The notes: generated by a model from the sequence alone, not told the origin. Shown: positions 30,916 through 44,780, counted from the first letter of the stretch. The stretch: 64,000 nucleotides of DNA from the human T2T-CHM13v2.0 reference genome, Homo sapiens (GCF_009914755.1 NC_060936.1), one strand, 5' to 3'. Numbers and translations are program-made.

Positions 30916-33900
30916 TTTTTTTTCCTCCTTATATGGACTTCAAACTTTGTACATGAAATCATAGTCATGGTCCTTTCACTTTGCTCTGAAAGTAGATGAA
31001 CTAAATGACATAAATCCTCTAAAGAAAGTATACAGCCCATGCAATTTAAATCATTTGGTAAAACTTCTGCTTTATTAAATAATGAAGTAATGAGCAGTGA
31101 AATAACTCATATATATCATTATTTGCTAAGTTAATTTCCTGGGGATTTTGTTAGTTTGAAAGATATATAACCTCTGTAGGATAAGGCACGATGAATGCAT
31201 TAAAAATACTTGCACAAAGTATAAAACGTGTTATTGAAATATATCGATTTTAGCTAAGATACATATCACTTTCTTTTGCACAGAACATCCTCACTAACAT
31301 TATATTATTTAATTCTCAATTCCTTGGGAGTAAATAAGGATAAACCCCATGAAGACATAGGGAAGTTAGGGGTTAGCAATTACTCCAGATGGCAGTTGGT
31401 GAGTAAGCATTGAAATCTGAATCTGTGCCAAGTTTTATAGAAACACAGTCCATATAAGTTTATACAAATATACAGAATTTTAAAAGATGAAACAGCAGTC
31501 ATATAGAAAGCCCAAATCTACTTAAGAGAAATGATAAATTACAAGTGTAAATCAGCCTTTGAAAGGCAAGAAAAAAAGAGTGATCTTGCTTACCAAAACT
31601 TTCCAAGATTTTATGCAACAGGGATTTAGAGTGCCTATTATATGCAATGACTTCTTAGATGTTTACATTAGTTAATAATCATGGAAAGTTTTGTAAAGCT
31701 TTTCTGATTTTGAATGAATGTTTTTTGAGTAAATATTTTACTCTATTTCTTACTATTACCAGCTACATTTATCTGTTCTCCATAGTGCCTGGCACAAAGT
31801 TTCAATAAACGTGTTGTATATTTTTAAGTGAAAGTTTAAGGAGTAGGATTTTCAAGTAATTATACTTCTAAAAGTCAGAATATCCAAGAATGAATAGGTT
31901 ATAAATTTATCTTCATTTCTTTTATAAATAAAAATAACATTAAAAAAGATTTATTTCTTTATATCAAGAAAAAATACAATGTTAATTTTTAAAATTGATT
32001 CTTTTGAGAAATGTAGATCTCTTCCTTTCAAGGATGTTTTCAAAAGGAAGCTGTGTGGTTTTCCCATTCAGTAACTAAGTGAACATAAGAAAGAAAAAAG
32101 AATAAACATCATGAAAGAGCTATCATTTGAGGAAATAACTTGCTCAAGTCCATTGAATTGCAATGAAGTTATGCTATTACATTCTCTTCCTCTTTGGGTT
32201 AATGGCAGTTGTGGAAGTTGAATACCAGGCTTTAAGAGCTGGGTCACTGTAATTCATTTATTAAAACATTTTTCATTTTGTGACTATCCAGGTTTTAAAA
32301 AACCATTGTTCAAAGAACGTAACTTAGTGGCCTTATTTTTCCTTTATTATTTTTCTCTTCTACTTCAAAATGATTTGTTAATTCAGAAGCTCCCAGAAAT
32401 TTTGATGAGAGGAATGACCCAAGTCAGAGTAGCAATTTTGAAAACCTGCAGTCCTAATGGACCGGAGTAAACCAAAAGTCTTCTATCTCTGCCCTCCGAG
32501 CAAATCTCCCAGGAGCTTAATTTGACTCAGTGAAGGTCATACCATTTTAGGCCGTCTCTCATAGCCTTTATGACTCCACAATATGTAGTTAAAAAATTAG
32601 TCTGTCTTTTCTGCGTTCACTTATCTGCTTCTAGGAAAAGGAGGACTTTTTTCTTGTGTCTTCCATCAGATAGGTGTGTTCAATATACTTGATTTGTTGA
32701 GACTTTATGCTTAAAGTGAAAAGTGCCACTGTATATCAAATCAAAATATGATGGTACGCAATTTAATAATCATTTGATTCAGTTCATCTTATATGTGTAC
32801 CTTTATGAGTTGTATTTAGTCTTTTTTTAGTAGCGATTTACATATATGTTGAAATATTTTCCATTTAAAAGTTTATTTTCCAAATTCGAATAATCTGGAT
32901 TCTACTAATTATACTTTTTAAAAAAGATTTTTACTGGTTGAATATTTTTCATTTGTCACACTTTAAGTATTCACATTAATGAATATTTGTAAAGGTCTTA
33001 CCTTATTTAACTGTCTCTCAAAGCTTATGGTATAATTTTTCTAATAACTGATATTAAAAATTAATACCAGATATTATAGAAATATACAGGAATATAAAAT
33101 GGAAGAAAAGATCAACATCTTTCTATATAACAGTCATTTGACTTTTATTAATTGAAGATCAATTGTGAGCAAGACACTAATAAACACATAAATAAATGTG
33201 CTTGGACATTTTACATACGTGTGCTAAAATTAATGTAATAATTGTAATAATAACTAGAGAACTTTTATTCAAGCATAGTACTATGCTTTTTCTCTATATT
33301 TCATTGTAATCGCTATATCAATTGTTCTGTTGAGAATTTGAACTATCACTGCTCCCTTAATAACATGGGCCAGCCCTGGGAGGAAGTAATAAGGGAAATT
33401 CTTCATAGTAGCAAAGAATAGATAGATGTCATTTACTTAGATTTTTGCCCCAGGTACAAATGTTTTCCTGGTTCTTTTTTTCCATTGTTTTAGATAGATA
33501 ATCTGTCCCTTTTCTTGTAAATCCAGATAGACCTTGATTTTGAAAAGATTCGTAGTTGCTTTAGTTTACTTCTTATTTAAAAAAGAATAAAGGAAGTGGT
33601 AGCTGGTATTTACCTTCATTCAAGCATCCTCTTTCAAAAGTTAACTTCTCAGCATGAAAAGTTCCTCAATATTCTTGAAAAAAGTATTTAATCAAATTAA
33701 TGTTACCAGAACTTTCTGGGCTTGAGCATTGACACATATTTAATACTATTTTTTTGAAGGAGGTTAGCAAAGGTATAGAAATGCCATAGGCGCTTTGCAA
33801 GTTTCTAACAGAATTCAGTCTGTTCAAACTGGGTAAAGCTTGGTATGTCATGTGAAATTTCACTTGGATAAGCTGAGTGAAGATGGTGCCAAAAAGGTAG

Positions 33901-34059
33901 TCAAAGATGAAGCAAATTAATGTTTGTTTTTCATATGTGTTTTTTCTGGCATCTTGTATCCTTAGGATGGTTGTTTATGGCATTCATAAATTAACATGTT
34001 TTATAGCCTACTAAGTTATGGGCATGTTTTAGATACATTTGTGTCTTCTCTCCCTACCC

Positions 34060-34778
34060 CATTTTTTGGTTTGTTTTACTTTATCAGGATGTCTAGGAAT
34101 TTATTAATTTTATTTTTCCACAAAACTAGTTTTGTTTTATTGACTTTTATTACCTGTTAATTTTCTATTTCATTAGTTTCTACACTTAACTTGATTATTT
34201 TGTTTCTATTTTTTACACTAGGTTTAGTTCACACTTCTTTTTTTAGTATCAAATTGTGGAAACTTGATTACTAATTCGAGAGCACTTTTTTCCTAATATA
34301 AGCTTTGAATGCTATAAATTTCCTTCTAAGCTCTGTTTTGGCAACTTCCTACAAAATTTGATACCTCATGTTTCCGTGTTCATTCAGTTTAAAATATTTA
34401 ACTTGTATTTTCTCTTTTAATCTATGAGTTATTTAGAATATGATGCTTATTGTCAAATATTTTTCATATTTTCTAGATATCTTTCTGATATTGATTTATA
34501 GTTTAATATCATTGTGGTCAGAAAAAATATTTTGTATGAGTGCAATTCTTTTAAATTTATTGAGTCTTGTTGAATGTGGTGTATCTTGGTGATTTTTCAA
34601 TGTGCACTAAAAAGAATATGTATTTTGCTGGGGTTGGTCCTAGAGTTTTCTATATTAGGTTAAGTTGGCTAGTAATGTGGTTCAAGTCTTCTTTATCCTT
34701 CTTTGTCCTATCAGTTACTGAGAGAAGAATTGTGAAATCTCAAATTGTGACTGTGAGTTTGTCTATTTCTTCATTTAG
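34060..34778 (-). mobile_element. Old L1M ORF2-region fragment
   Basis: aatgctataaatttccttctaag...cattgtggtcaga...ttactgagagaag...tttgtctatttct, antisense L1 motifs. Confidence 0.8.
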
Positions 34779-35691
34779 ACAAAGTTACCCAATGTGATAT
34801 CAAAGGATAAAGTAAAAAGATGCTAAAATCAGGGAGTACTTACTTCCATAAATTAGAGGAGTGGTGGAGAATTGTATCTGCAATGGGAAAAGGTGCAGAG
34901 TAAGTGTTATCAGTGTGTGTAATCCCTAGAGACTTAATATCTGCCAACTTTAGGTGATGAAAAATATTTTAAGAAAAATATAGGCAATGATTTTCAGAAG
35001 GATTTCCAAAGAGCAGCTGATATTTATTAGATAATTTAAAAATATAGGTGTGTTTGACCAGGAATTTATCTGTTATTGTAGCCTATCAACATTATTATAA
35101 ATGTAGAAAGGCCTTATAACAATTAATTCACATTATCTTGATTTTTGATAGGGAATATTTTTGCAAAACCTAATAGCCAGTAATAAGGAAATGCTATGTA
35201 AACTATGGTACACTGACTCAGTGGAATTTCAAACCATTAAGAATGAAGTTCATTGAGACTATGATAACAAAAGCATACTTAATATACAATGGAAGGTGGG
35301 GAAATTCTCCTGAAAACAGATACTTCTGGCTGTTTTATATTTTAATAATTATTCAAAGTAAGGATGATGAATCAAACTGTTAAAAATGAGTATTCCAAGA
35401 TATGAACCACTTCTAAAAAGGAATCAAGTATACTCATTTTCTAATTATAAAACTGATTACACACACAATGAGAAAATGTGAAATGAAATATTATTTGATT
35501 GGGTTACTGGCACATCTTTAGCTAAGGAGTCAGAGTTATAAAGACACACTAAACCTGGTACATTTGACATTATAAAGATGAAAAATAAGCTGATGCATAG
35601 TAGCCAGAGGGAAAAAATGGAAGCAGAGAACCCAATCAGGAGTTCATCTAGCCTGAATGAGTATTGAGTGGAGAACAAAGTGCTGGCAAAG

Positions 35692-35724
35692 GTAAACCAC
35701 GTTGTTTACTTCGGCTGTCAATCA
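35692..35724. promoter_or_regulatory. Candidate enhancer motif cluster: inverted forkhead-like pair and PBX-MEIS/PKNOX decamer
   Basis: gtaaac-cacgtt-gtttac inverted pair (TGTTTAC at 35703-35709); ctgtcaatca (TGATTGACAG on minus) at 35715-35724. Confidence 0.35.
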
Positions 35725-35829
35725 GGAGACGCAGGAACAACGTAAGCCATAGTCTACAAGCAAGAAATGATTGTTCTCTGCCTTCTTCTGCTCCAAAGTA
35801 AAGGTTCACATTGTCCTACTGGTTTGCAA

Positions 35830-36030
35830 AAGACACAAGTTTCGAAGTCTGACTGACTTTTATTTGTATTCCAACTCTGCCACTCAAAAACTATATGATC
35901 TTAGGCATGTTGAGGAGCTTCTCTGAGCTTATTTCCTCATCTACAAAATAATTCCGAAAATGTTTACTGTAGGATTGTTATCAAGATAAAATGATGCCAT
36001 TTGTGTCAAAGGTTGTAGCACATACCAAAT
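35830..36030 (+). mobile_element. MIR
   Basis: aactctgccactc...tgatcttaggcatgtt...ctctgagcttatttcctcatctacaaaat. Confidence 0.7.
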
Positions 36031-36753
36031 AGCCAATGAAAGTGACTTTTCTTTCATTTTTGAACTAAAATTCATCATTATAACATTTTTTCAATTTAAA
36101 TTATGTAATGAACAAAATAATAGTTTTCAAACTAATGATTTTTAGTTAATTTGAGACTATGGATAAGGTAAGCCAATAAAAAAACCAATGTATTATTTAA
36201 AACTACTATTAAATAATAATAAACTAATAAAAAGCCATGACAGTGAGTCTGACTGGAAATAATGTTTTGTGTTTTGGTCACGATTTGATAACACAAACAA
36301 AATCAGCTCAGAGATAGGTGGCTATGTTCTTCTAATCTCCACTGTGGAAACAATTTGATTTTAGTTGCATTAATGAGTGGGAATGGAAAGCATAATTTCA
36401 GATCCCAACGTTTGGCACACAACATTCTGTTGATCATTTTGTGAGATGTTGTTCTAATTGACAGATTCCCAGACTATCAGAGCCAAAGCAAAGATATGCA
36501 GTCACAATTTTAGGTGGAAAAATTATCTGTTATCTCTGAGGACATGTGCTATTCGTGCACATGAAAGGAGGTTGGTCGAAATCCTAATTTGAATTGAAAG
36601 GACAATTATGTCTATATCTGCCAGAATCCTCCTTTAAAAATGAAAATTAAACATCTGTTCAGATTTTTTAGTAGCAATTTCATAAAACTGCTTTTAAATG
36701 GATACTGATTACAAAGAAACTAACCAATTACTTAGTTTCTTTGAAAAAATAAG

Positions 36754-37090
36754 GGATAAAATTAAATTGCTGTATATAAAATATGTAAAGGTATATATGA
36801 ATATTTATTTGTATATATGTGTGTGTACATAAAAGTATTTATTCTTCACGTTATTGAAATGCAAACATATTCCTTACATAAGAATGAAAGAAAGGACTTT
36901 ATCTTACAATAGCAGTAAAATATATAGGATGAAAGTAATTTGTTGTATGTAAAATATTCAAGCAAAGGTGTATTATGAATATATATTTGTATATGTGTGT
37001 ACATAAAAGTATTTGTTCTTCATGTTATTGAAATGTGAACATATTCCTTACATGGGAATAGGAGAAAAGACTTTATCTTGTAAAAATGTA
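36754..37090. repeat. ~173-bp tandem duplication (2 copies)
   Basis: Copies start ggataaaattaaattg (36754) and ggatgaaagtaatttg (36927); shared tgtgtacataaaagtattt..ttcttca.gttattgaaatg..aacatattccttacat...gactttatctt. Confidence 0.9.
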
Positions 37091-37719
37091 TGAAGTAGGA
37101 TCATGTATCTCCTACTTCTGGAGACTTTGATGATTTAGACAGAAAAATAAGGTTTATTGAGTGATCAAACCACTGATACTGGTCTATATAATTAAAATGA
37201 GTTTTGCAGTAGGACTTCCCATTCAAATCATGATTGAGTGACTGTCATTGAACTAACAAAATTTATAAAACATTTGTTTCCTGTCATTAGACAGAAACCA
37301 ATTCAAAGTTATAATTTATGAAAAACAGTCTGCAAAAAGATGAGCTCTATGTTCATTCTGGTTTTCTTTCTGAGGATATTTTCCAAATTGTAGCATATTG
37401 AAATAAAGTCCAAATAGAAAACAAAGATCTTGCTGAATGTAGTCAACAGAAATTGGAGTTCTGAGATAGTAACAAACGTCTTTGGATGCCTTTTATTCTG
37501 TAGGTGCACAGGTCAAGACTCCAGGCAGCCTAGATGATGTTGGAAAGCTGAAGTGAGATGTAAGATCCTGCACAATGCTATGAAAATATCAGAGTAAAAA
37601 TTTAGTTTGAGGGTTATATCTTGGTAAATATCCTAGGGTTTTAGTTGAGATCACAGAAAGATCAAATAAAATATGCCCACCATAAAAATCAAGCTTCAAA
37701 ACAATCGAGGTAATTCATA

Positions 37720-38260
37720 CCTTTGTATGAAATATCAACAGGCTTACAGCAAACTTTTAAATGGCAATGATGACAGGCAGAAAACAATAGAATAGCATTT
37801 TGAAACTGCTAAAAGAAAACCTGCCCACCTGCCATCCAAGAAGTCCATATCCAGTGAAGGTATTTTTCAAATATGAAGGTAAGAAAACAATCTCTTTACA
37901 CCAAAAACAAAACAAAACACACAGCGCAAAACAACCTTCTGATTCCTCTGATTTAATTCAATACAAGCAATCAGCACTAAAAGAAACACTAAATTTCTTT
38001 ACGCTGAAGCAAAGTAATCTCAGATGGAAACAAAAAACTGCAGAAAGAAATGAAAGCACAAAAAAAGATAAATATAAAATAATACCTAATATTTAAAACA
38101 ATAACATGTAGGCTTTATGTAACATGTATAAGAATAATATATATGAAAATACCGTAAGGAGTGGAATATTTAGAGTTAGACTTTAGTAAGCATTTTGAAT
38201 TCTTTGGGAAATGGTAAAATTAAAGTAAGAACAAAATCTAAAAATATCAATAAAATTGAA
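37720..38260 (+). mobile_element. Old L1M ORF1 C-terminal remnant
   Basis: LKLLKEN...CHPRSPYPVKVFFKYEGKKT resembles ORF1p FKVLKEKNCQPRILYPAKLSFKNEGEIKT. Confidence 0.7.
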
Positions 38261-38853
38261 AGATGTTCAGTGGCCTCATTCAACTCAAATCGCTTTTGTT
38301 TTCCTTTCTGAGTCAATATTTTAAAAATATTTAGATAAGCCTAATTTTGTGGCCATTTCAGAAATCAGTTAGATGAACTATTAGAATAATTTTTCTGCTC
38401 CAGCAGAATCTCAAGACCATCTACATTGAGGGTAAAAGAATAGACCAAAACCTCAGTGGTTTTAAAACAATGCAGGAGCTCTGGCAGATCCCAAGATTTA
38501 ACCTAATGAATTTCAATAATCAATTGAAACACCTAAGTATGAAAAATATGTGATCCATATAAATTATTAAAATTTTTCAGAGTTCTAGTATAACTTATTA
38601 ATGGGAGAGAATTGCCTATTCTCTTAGATAAGGTATTTAGGTTTGTGGTTTTGTCATTGCAGTTCTCAGAAAAATCATTAATCTAGTAAATATTTTATAA
38701 CATTCTTGCATTTTATTTGTTATTATATCACAGTGAAAATACTATCATACAAGGTTGTGTAATCAAATGGTACAGCACAGTATCCTCTGAAGATTCAAAA
38801 TTAGTACATTACTCATACTATAGATTCCATAATCTCTTCATAATTTTATTCTT

Positions 38854-39121
38854 TTTTAAAATTATACTTTTAAAAAAGTATACATGTGCAGAACGTGAAG
38901 GTTTGTTACATAAGTATACACGTGCCATGGTGGTTTGCTGTACCCATCAACCCATCATCTACATTAAGTATTTCTCCTAACACTATCCCTCCCCTAGTCC
39001 CCATCCCATGACAGGCTCCAGAGTGTGATGTTCCCCTCCCTGTGTCCACGTGTTCCCGTTGTTCAACTCCCACTTATGAGTGAGAACATGTAGTTTGGTT
39101 TTCTGTTCTTGTGTAACGTAA
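38854..39121 (-). mobile_element. L1PA7/8-like 3' end
   Basis: Antisense L1PA 3' UTR; perfect 15-bp TSD cataattttattctt at 38839-38853 and 39122-39136. Confidence 0.94.
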
Positions 39122-39734
39122 CATAATTTTATTCTTAAATGCCTTTTCTTATGTATTATTCTTTTTATGAGAAGTTAAGTTTTACTATAAAGTTCTCAAT
39201 AGAAAAACAACCTGCTCAACTTCTTTAACTTATTTTTCTTCAGTTTATATAAACAATAGATTAATAAAGTCATTAAATGACTGTGCTCTAAGAACTTAGA
39301 AATTCATTTTTCCTCTATAATAGACTAAATAATGACCTTTCAATTATTTAGTTCATGACTGAACTCCAGGAATATGACCTTTATGTAATTGGCTAATTTA
39401 GTTCATGCCTAAGAAATATGAATAGAAAAAAATACCAAATTCTCATGCCTATAAAAAACAGGACCAAGATGTATCTATGTTACTTTCCTAACAATATACC
39501 ACCCTCACTTCACAATCATCTGTTTTTACAATGCTTTAGGAGAGGATGAGTCTCACAATTTTACAAAGATCACCGTTCTTCCTTTAGTCTGTTTAACAAA
39601 ACTTTTTCAATTATTCATTACTTTAATATAATCACTTTCCTTTCTTTAAAAAGAAAATTATAGCTTATATAATAGAAAATAATAAACATTTTACAGGCAT
39701 TATGCCACGCTTGCTGTTAACAACCTCATTTTAT

Positions 39735-40298
39735 TTTTATTTATTTACCTTTTTACCTTTCACTTTAGGTTCGGGGTACATGTGCAGGTTTGTTACATAG
39801 GAAAACTGTGTATCATGGGGATTTAGTGTACAGATCATTTCATCATCCAGGTAATAAGCATAATACCCAATAGGTAGTTGTTTAAATCTTCTCCCTCATC
39901 CCACCCTCTACCCTTACGTAAGCCCTGGTGTCTTCTTTATGTCCATATATTCTTGTTGTTTAGCTCCCATTTTTAAGTGAGAACATGCAGTATTTGGTTT
40001 TCTGTTCTTGTGTTAGTTTGCCTAGGATAATGTCCTCCAGCTCCATCCATGTTGCTGCAAAAGGCATGATCTCATTCTTTTTTATGGCTGTGTAGTATTC
40101 CATGGTGTATATGTACCACATTTTCTTTCTCCAGTCTACCACTGATTGGCATTTGGGTTTATTTGATCTCTTTGCTATTGTGAATAGTGCTGCAATAAAC
40201 ATGCACATGTACAGATGCATGTGTCTTTATAATAGAATAATTTATATTCCTTTACATATATACTCAATAATGAGACGCTAGATTGAATGGTAATTCTG
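39735..40298 (-). mobile_element. L1PA15/16-like 3' end inserted in a MIR
   Basis: ORF 39960-40220(-) is the ORF2p terminus (KMWYIYTMEYYTAIKKNE); TSD aacctcattttat at 39722-39734 and 40302-40314. Confidence 0.92.
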
Positions 40299-40301
40299 AA
40301 T

Positions 40302-40445
40302 AACCTCATTTTATACATGAGGAAACAGGTTCAGAGAAGTGAAATGACTCTTTCAAGATCACAGAACTAGGGAAAATCAGATCTGGAGATGAGTTTTGTT
40401 CTGCCTGTTCTAGAGCCTGAGTTCTCACTATTGTATTATGCTGCC
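40302..40445 (-). mobile_element. MIR
   Basis: cattttatacatgaggaaacaggttcagagaagtgaaatgactctttcaagatcacag. Confidence 0.75.
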
Positions 40446-40515
40446 ACTCTAATTTTCGAAAGCCAACTACTCAGTAGTAAACTTATGTCAGGTCACTGTG
40501 TCTCTTTTTCCCTGG

Positions 40516-40866
40516 TGCTATGGTCTGAATGTCTGTGTCCCTCCAAAGTTTATATATCTAATCTTACTTGTTTTAATATTGAGAGATAGGGTTAGGAGGT
40601 TATGAGTCCATGAGGTCAGACTCTCGTGAATGGGATTCATGCCCTCATAAAAGAGGTGCAAGGAAGCTTGCTTGTCATTCCACCATGTGAGGACACACAG
40701 AAAGTGCCATCTTGGAAGCAGAGAGTGAGCCCTTATCAGACATCAGATCTCCCAGCGCATTCCTGTTGGACTTTCCAGCCTCTGGAGTGTAAGCAAGACA
40801 TTTTTATTGTTTATAAATTACTCAGTTTAAGGTATTTTGTTATAGCAGCCCAAACAGACTAAGACA
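40516..40866 (+). mobile_element. MLT1A-type MaLR solo LTR
   Basis: tgctatggtctgaatgt...gcagcccaaacagactaagaca; TSD cctgg/tctgg. Confidence 0.9.
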
Positions 40867-41405
40867 TCTGGTATAATTGTCTTGTATATTAGCTGTATTT
40901 TAGTCACATTGTGACTTAGTAAATCATTTGCCAGAGGAAAACTGAACATTTATATTACTTAAAAAAATTACCCGCTGGTCATAACTGTTATTATACTCAT
41001 TCCTGAATAGAAAATCAAGGCAAAAGTACTTAAACCTTCTTAATATATGAAGTTCAGCCACTAATTTCCCAGAGATATTTTAGAATAAAGCCCATGTAGT
41101 TCAAAGACAGTGGGTTATGTTTTACAGAACATAAATCCAGGAGAACTACCAGCAAACTGATCATGATCCTTTCATTGTCACAAGATACAAAATAAGTATA
41201 AATTGAGTAGTAAGGGACTTTCACCCCAACAGAAACTAAGATTCCTATTCTTAGTTGTTTTAAAGCAATTTTCTTCAAAAAAGTCCCTCAGCTGTTATTC
41301 CAATATAATTTGATAAAAAAGGCAAGCTCAGGGCCTTCCCGTTTTCAAAGCAGCTGTGGCAACAGGTGCTCAAGATTCTTCATTAACCTTTGCTAAACTC
41401 AAAGC

Positions 41406-41572
41406 CATTGTTATTCAAAATGTAGCCTGTGTGTACTAACAGCTGGCAACACATGGGAGCTTGTTACAGATGCAAATATCTGTCCCCATCCCACTTATTT
41501 GGAAGCAGAATATGCGTTTATTTTTAAAAAACCCAGACTATTGATATGCACCGTAAAGGTTGAGAAGCACAG
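41406..41572. mobile_element. MER5A-like hAT-Charlie MITE
   Basis: tgggagcttgttacagatgcaaat...atgcaccgtaaaggttgagaagcac. Confidence 0.7.
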
Positions 41573-42179
41573 CGTGCAGTCTTTGATTTCAATTTGCTCT
41601 CCACCCAGGGATAAATTTTAATCTATTTAAATTTAAATTTATTAGAGGAGCTATGACCTGATTTTTAAAATTAAATTATTAAAAATTTTCTACTCTGGTT
41701 GAAGATATAGAAAGGCTGAAGAGGCATGGTTTCCATTCTAAGAGAATTATTTTAAAACTAGCATTTGCCACTGGAAGATATGTGATCATCGTGTCAGTAA
41801 CATTAGAAGAGTATTAGAACACACTGAAAATATTCTTTTTCTTCTACCAAATTTAAAGTCATCTAAACTATTTGTGTTCATCTTGCAGAAATAATTACAG
41901 TGCTTACATTTCATTATGTTCATATATAACTAAGGATCATTTTCCATTCTGTGAGTGATTCACTGGGAAAGAAATCAACTTTCTTATGCCCTTGAAAGGA
42001 AAAGATACTTATATTAATCTATTTTAGATTTTTTTAAGAGCATGGAGTCCTTATCTCCATAGCAAAGTTTTTAGGTTTAGCATTTCCCAAAAGTGGAAAG
42101 TAAAAAAATAAAAATAAAAAGAATTAGCCAGACAAGGCTGCAACTGTTCTTTATCATTCAGTTTGTACATCATTTAAGC

Positions 42180-42601
42180 TTGTGGCTAAGGAGTTAACCA
42201 TTTTTATGAATCTTGGTGGAGGACACAAAGGATCTCACTTTGAAACTGGAAATGTCAAATTCTTTCCTAGGCTCCCTTGCAGCTAAGGCACAGGATTGTA
42301 ACACAAATTCTGCCAATTCACTGCAACTTCATCAAAGTTCAGGAGTTGGTGGCCAAAAGGGCAGAAAATTTTTAGATCTGAGTTTCTGGCACAAAAATAA
42401 GAGCAATGAAAACTCACTGTCTATGCTCAGTAGCATTGGCAGAGGTTTTCTTCTGACATGGTGCTAGAAGACAGTTTGGGTCATTTGTTATATGTGGAAC
42501 ATTAGTCTCAAATCTGTTTGCCAGCTTTCCCCAATTTTTTTTTCCTTTCGATCAGCCTGAGAAAGCTTCTGTTAGCAATAACTAAAAATACTGACAGGAC
42601 A
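42180..42601 (+). mobile_element. LTR33-like ERVL LTR (old)
   Basis: ctcccttgcagctaaggc...tctgccaat motif; 3' end gcttctgttagcaataactaaaaatactgac. Confidence 0.5.
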
Positions 42602-43155
42602 CTGTGGCTGTATCTGAATGAAACATCTCAAATAGCATATACCCTCACTTTATTCTGGCATATTTGTTTGGGTCAACCATAGTTTCCTGGCTTTTTGGAC
42701 AATTCTTTGTTGCAGAGAGCACTATCTCACTCTTTCTGCTTAAAAGAGTATATTTTCTTGGGAAGAAATGATTATGGGTCAGTACTTGGCTTTGATTTTT
42801 AGCTGTTGAGCCTGATGTGACTAATAGTGTTTTTACATTTGCTGAAATTCTACAGCTTGTGTAACAGGTCTTTTTGTTGGGGGTAGGAGGGAAAAGCGTC
42901 TTATGAAAGTCCTTAAAAGTGGAAAGAAACATTCCTCTCTTAAATAAACTGATATTAAGGAAAATTTGAATGTTCTTTTTCCCAATTAATATCAGTATCC
43001 ATTGCTTCATTTTTAAAATTATAGTGTTACAGTTGAGAGTTTTCAATGCTCTTTCAAAAATAGGTAGATTTGAAAGCCTCTCCTATTTTACATCATCATG
43101 GATCTTACTGTTTTACTTGAAAGAGCATATTTTATAATCAAAAAGCTACAGATCA

Positions 43156-44273
43156 TGAGCCTCCCAACGGGTTCACCTTGCCTGCTGCCTAGACAGAGCC
43201 AATTTATCAAGATAAGGGAATTGCAATAGAGAAAGAGCAATTCACGCAGAGCTGGCTGTGTAAGAGACCATGGTTTTATTATTACTCAAATCAGTCCCCC
43301 CAAAAACTTGGGAACTGGAGTTTTTAAGGATAATTTGGCAAGTAGGGGATTGGGAAGTTTAGAGTGCTGATTGGTTGGATTGGAGATAAAATAATAGAGT
43401 GTCTCAGTGAGTTTTCTTGCTGTCTTCTGTTCCTTGGATGGAATCATAGAATTGGTTGAGCCAGATTACCAGTTTGGGTGGTGTTAGCCGGTGTGTCAGA
43501 ACACAGGGTCTGCAAAGTATCTCAAGCACTGATCGCTGATTTCAGAACAGCAATGTTATTCCCAGAAGCAATTTGGGAAGGTTGAGACTCTTGAAGCCAG
43601 AAGCTGCATGGCCCCTAAATCTTAATTTCTAAACTTGTAGCTAATTTGTTAATACTACAAAGGCAATCTGGTTCACAGGAAAGAAGGGGTTTTGTTCAGG
43701 AATGTGCTATTATCATTTTTGTTTCAAAGCTAAACTATAAACTAAGTTCCTCCCAAAGTTAGTTTGGCCTATACTCAGGAATGAACAAGGACAGCTTGGA
43801 GGTTAGAAGTAAAAAGGAGTTGGTTAGGCCACATGGCCACTTCTCTTTCATTTTTTCAGTTATAATTTTGCAATGGCAATTTCCTTTTTATTATTGTTAT
43901 TATACTTTAAGTTCTAGGGTACATGTGCACAACATGCAGGTTTGTTACATATGTATACATGTGCCATGTTGGTGTGCTGCACCCATTAACTCATCATTTA
44001 CATTAGGTATATCCCCTAATGCTATCCCTCCCCCCTTCCCCCACCCCATGACAGGCCTCGGTGTGTGATGTTCCCCTTCCTGTGTCCAAGTATTCTCATT
44101 GTTCAATTCCCACCTATGAGTGAGAACATGTGGTGTTTGGTTTTTTATCCTTGCAATAGTTTGCTGAGAATGATGGTTTCCAGCTTCATCCCTGTCCCTA
44201 CAAAGGACATGAACTCATCCTTTTTTATGGCTGCATAGTATTCCATGGTGTATATGTTGCAATGGCAGTTTCA
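43156..44273 (-). mobile_element. LTR8 (ERV1) solo LTR, interrupted near its 5' end by L1PA
   Basis: cccaacgggttcaccttgcctgctgcctagacagagcc...ttgcaatggcagtttca; 4-bp TSD atca at 43152-43155 and 44274-44277. Confidence 0.9.
43884..44256 (-). mobile_element. L1PA4/5 3' end
   Basis: ttaagttctagggtacatgtgcacaac...; 16-bp TSD ttgcaatggca(a/g)tttc. Confidence 0.95.
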
Positions 44274-44780
44274 ATCAGATACATGGCTTTGAAAATTAGA
44301 AAGAAAATCAAGATATAGCATATAGATATGTGGTCATTGTATCATTAACATTAATATTGTACCTTCCCAAAATAGTTCCTCATCCAAAGGTCACACCAAA
44401 CACAGTAGATACTACTATAAACAACAATATTTAGAAAGCATAGGAGAGTTAAAGACTGCTGTTAAATACTACAAACACTTATGTTAGAGCTTCTCACTGA
44501 ATTGTAAGCTCCACAAAAGCAAGAATTTTGATGTTTTGTTCCCAGCTATATATAAAATAAAATATTAATGACTAGCACTCAAAAATATTTGTTGAATGAA
44601 TATGTTCTTTGCTAAAAATATTGATCAGTAAGCCTCATCTCAAAATTTCTAAATGGGAATCTTTCTGTATAGGGCTGGAAAATCTGCTGCTTTAACAACC
44701 ATTGCAGGTGACTGTGTCAAAAGTTGAAAATGACTTTCCTGCTGAGCTTCATTCAGTATCTGTATTAAAAAGATAAACTG

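Noticed and set aside
32520-32540. AP-1 (tgactca) and nuclear-receptor half sites, also near 921 and 35214
   Set aside because: Short motifs at roughly chance frequency with no supporting context.
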